Shown here piece by piece: positions 60,910 to 63,550 of a stretch of DNA of 63,550 bases (position 1 is its first letter; each line of letters opens with the position of its first letter). A program made the translations under genes and the position numbers. The notes beneath the pieces were generated by a model. It had not been told where the DNA came from. It was given only the letters and a program-made list of their open reading frames with translations, and made no database searches. The DNA is taken from the IMG/VR virus record IMGVR_UViG_3300038856_000075, positions 1 through 63,550 of that record; one strand, given 5' to 3'. The stretch comes from a virus. Its lineage: Duplodnaviria > Caudoviricetes.

Positions 60910-62095
60910 CGGATTCTCGTATTGCCTTTCGTCCAGTGAAATTCTGCCAGCGGGCGACAGCCACATCCACATAGGCGGGGTTGATCTCTATCGCGTGGCA
61001 GGACCTGCCCGTCATTTCAGCGGCGATGATGGTGGTTCCCGAGCCGCTGAACGGTTCGTATACGGCTTGGCCGGGGCTTGAATTGTTCTCTATGGGGCGT
61101 TTCATGCATTCGACGGGCTTCTGAGTTGGGTGCGGCGTTTTCTCTTCCTTGCTGCCGCCCATGATATGCAACGGGCTGGCAAAGTCCCAGACGGTTGTTT
61201 GCTTGCGGTCGCCAACCCAATGTCCGGCGTCCTTGACAGCATACCAGCACGGCTCATGTTTCCAGTGATAGTCACCGCGCCCCATTACCATTACTGACTT
61301 GTTCCAGATGATCTGCGAGCGCAACGTAAACCCGCACGCAGTAAGGCTTTCAGCCACGACAGGCGATTGTAACCCTCCATGCCACACATAGGCTATGGCG
61401 CCAGGAAACAGCGCCCACGCATCACGCCAATCGGCCCGTGTATCATTCTCAACAATGCCCGTCCTATTCTTACCCATCGTGGCGTGTCCAGCCTTGCCGC
61501 GCCACGTCGCATCATACTCCACCCCATAAGGCGGATCGGTCACCATCAGATGCGGCACCACGCCGTTCAGGCACTTGGCAACCGTGCCCGCGTCCGTCGA
61601 GTCGCCGCAGATCAGCCTATGCCGGCCCAGCAGCCAGATATCGGACGGCGAGGTGACGACAGATGTGGAATCCGGTTCCGGCACATCGTCTTCGTCGCCG
61701 CCGGTGCCTGTCAGCAGCTTGTTGATCTCGGCCGGATCGAAGCCCGTCAGGCCGAGATCGAAATCCTCGAGCCCTTTGATCTCAAACGATAGCAGATCAT
61801 CGTCCCACTTCGCCTGTTCGCCCGTCCGATTGTCCGCAATCCTATACGCCCTTGCCTGTTTCGCGGTCAGATCGACCGCGACCACGCATGGCGCCGAATC
61901 GAGGCCAAGGCTCTTCGCCGCCAGATAGCGTGTGTGGCCGACGATGATCACGCCATCCTTGTCGAGAACGATCGGCTGCTGAAACCCGAATTCCCTTATC
62001 GACGCCGCGACCTTCTCGACCGCAGCATCCGTGATCTTTCGAGGGTTGCCCTTGTAGGGCTTGATCTTGCTGAGCGGGCGATTTTCTGTTTTCAT
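60860..62095 (-). CDS. ParB-N domain + N6/N4 DNA methyltransferase
   Basis: PY.GNPR...SIREFGF.QPI...GHTR..AA; TDPPYG; HPTQKP; YEPFSGSGTT. Confidence 0.93.
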   Translation of the reverse strand: MKTENRPLSKIKPYKGNPRKITDAAVEKVAASIREFGFQQPIVLDKDGVIIVGHTRYLAAKSLGLDSAPCVVAVDLTAKQARAYRIADNRTGEQAKWDDDLLSFEIKGLEDFDLGLTGFDPAEINKLLTGTGGDEDDVPEPDSTSVVTSPSDIWLLGRHRLICGDSTDAGTVAKCLNGVVPHLMVTDPPYGVEYDATWRGKAGHATMGKNRTGIVENDTRADWRDAWALFPGAIAYVWHGGLQSPVVAESLTACGFTLRSQIIWNKSVMVMGRGDYHWKHEPCWYAVKDAGHWVGDRKQTTVWDFASPLHIMGGSKEEKTPHPTQKPVECMKRPIENNSSPGQAVYEPFSGSGTTIIAAEMTGRSCHAIEINPAYVDVAVARWQNFTGRKAIRESDGRTFDEAKTDGEKAA

Positions 62096-62101
62096 GGCCA
62101 C

Positions 62102-62392
62102 ATGAAATGGATGATTGCCGCCCTGCTCCTTCTCGCCGCCCCCGCCTGGGCCAGCGACTACGACCGCGCCGACACCTTGGGCCGGGCCATCGTCGACACC
62201 GGATACGCCACCGAATACCGGGTGGGCGTGCGCACGCTGAACCTGACGATATCGTCGCTACTGCCGGGAGACGCCCGCGCGATCGCCACGGCGATGTGCC
62301 AGGCTGGAGCCCAACAAGGGCTCGCCGGATGGCGCGTCAGGGTGTTTCTGCCGGTCGGAGATCGACCCGCCGCGGCGTGCGGCGTTCGATAG
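62102..62392 (+). CDS. Secreted protein, antisense to the late operon
   Basis: MKWMIAALLLLAAPAWA signal peptide; two Cys. Confidence 0.65.
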   Translation: MKWMIAALLLLAAPAWASDYDRADTLGRAIVDTGYATEYRVGVRTLNLTISSLLPGDARAIATAMCQAGAQQGLAGWRVRVFLPVGDRPAAACGVR

Positions 62393-62470
62393 CGTCCGCA
62401 AGGAACGGGGTTTCGAGAACCCGGTTCCCGTGGCGGCGTGATGGAGGTATGGCGGGTTTTTCGGGACGTG

Positions 62471-63007
62471 TCAAGCCTCCAACAGATCCCGCCGGATTGA
62501 AAACGGTGCCGCGCGACCCATGATCTGGAGCACCCCGCCCACTAGGTCTGACCGGACCCACCGGACCTCGCCCGTGCGGCCCTCGAGCGGCCCCGATGGG
62601 ATGATGACCGTCTCGCCGATCTTGATCTCCTTGGTCCGGGTCAGGACAATCCCCGCCGCGCATTGGTCGCGCAGATCCGCGACGGCATCCTCCCGCACGC
62701 AGTAGAACTCGCCGCCAGCGCCGCGGAGAACGCTGCTGACATGCTCGCAATTCGTGACGCCGCTGATGCGGTCCGGCCGCTCGACGTCGACGAACAGATA
62801 CCGCGGGAACAAAGGCCGGTCGGGGTCGCCAGGTCGATTGCGGGCGAGGGGTAGGAAGACCTCGAATCTCAGCGCCATCAGCTTCGTCATCACCTGGGCC
62901 TCGCGCTGCGGGTTGGTGTGGACCAGCATCCATAACGGCGCGAAGACGATGGCGTCGGGGGTTTCGGGGTAGGGGTCGAAGGCTTGTGCGGTTGGTTGGT
63001 CTTTCAA
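62471..63007 (-). CDS. NusG-like antiterminator (NGN + KOW)
   Basis: W..VHT.PQRE...FLP...RPLFPRYLFV; GETVII.SGPLEG..G.V. Confidence 0.85.
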   Translation of the reverse strand: MKDQPTAQAFDPYPETPDAIVFAPLWMLVHTNPQREAQVMTKLMALRFEVFLPLARNRPGDPDRPLFPRYLFVDVERPDRISGVTNCEHVSSVLRGAGGEFYCVREDAVADLRDQCAAGIVLTRTKEIKIGETVIIPSGPLEGRTGEVRWVRSDLVGGVLQIMGRAAPFSIRRDLLEA

Positions 63008-63043
63008 GCGCCGTCCTTTGGTTTTCCGTGCCCGGGTGGTTGG

Positions 63044-63187
63044 TCACGCCGCTTCGGCGTCGGTTGCGGTGCTTTGGTGGGGTATCTGGGGGATATTCGT
63101 GTCGGCAAGGAAGACGCGCTCGCGGAGATCGATCGCCTCGGCCTGGGCCGCGCGTGGATAGAGCTTCATCGTGTATCGCCGCTTCAT
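63044..63187 (-). pseudogene. Short ORF with TnpB-like N-terminus
   Basis: MKRRYTMKLYPRAAQAEAI resembles the IS605 OrfB N-terminal motif; the remainder is unrelated. Confidence 0.4.
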
Positions 63188-63206
63188 CAGCACCCCGCCG
63201 TCTTTT

Positions 63207-63542
63207 TCATAGTGGGACATTAGTCGGCATCGCTCTCAAGCGCTCCCGGTACCGCCGCTGCCGCTCGGCGTTGGACATGGGGATGGGGCGCCCGCAGGTG
63301 GGGCACGGCTCTCCAAGTCTCGCGTCGGCTGGCTGCCCAAATTCTCGCTCAACTCCCCGATCATCCTGAACCGGTTTTCCATCCTCGACAAACGATTTCG
63401 TAATTCCTGTATTTGGCGCAGCGCCGCCCCCAGAGTCCAGTCGTCCAGAATATCGTCGCTCGCAGGCTCGGTCGCAGAACCCGGCCCGGTTGTGCTCGGC
63501 TGTTCCGACATTAGGTCCTCCGCAGGTTTTGCATTTGCGCAT
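63207..63542 (-). CDS. Zn-finger protein with SNAERQRRYRER motif
   Basis: CKTC...FCDRAC, CPTC, MSNAERQRRYRER. Confidence 0.7.
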   Translation of the reverse strand: MRKCKTCGGPNVGTAEHNRAGFCDRACERRYSGRLDSGGGAAPNTGITKSFVEDGKPVQDDRGVEREFGQPADARLGEPCPTCGRPIPMSNAERQRRYRERLRAMPTNVPL

Positions 63543-63550
63543 CGTGCGTA
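63424..63550. repeat. Terminal direct repeat, right copy
   Basis: Identical to 1..127. Confidence 0.95.

Overview
The window is an apparently complete, circularly assembled (127-bp terminal overlap), ~63.4-kb GC-rich HK97-type siphophage genome. GapR-, GcrA- and RcGTA-like genes point to an alphaproteobacterial host. Organisation: (i) a leftward replication/methylation arm with DUF1376 initiator, DnaB, RuvC, four DNA methyltransferases and a BCS1-like AAA ATPase; (ii) a divergent control region with a Cro-like HTH but no recognisable CI or integrase; (iii) a rightward early arm of small genes plus RecE/RecT, punctuated by many gene-boundary direct repeats; (iv) a long leftward late operon covering a fifth MTase, terminase, portal-MuF, protease, capsid, head spike/fibre module, neck, tail and lysis. 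Most striking: a ~7.8-kb ten-gene sugar-activation/glycosyltransferase/methyltransferase cassette sits between the tail terminator and tail tube genes, preceded by a tRNA-3'-end-like hairpin, while eight predicted surface virion proteins carry 17 Gly-Ser-Pro motifs. Together these suggest a phage-encoded virion O-glycosylation system with a GSP sequon. Also notable: a 186-aa head-module protein has an ~81% identical copy fused to the C-terminus of a distant beta-helix protein, suggesting a capsid filament with an enzymatic tip. All annotations come from motif recognition by eye; no searches were run.
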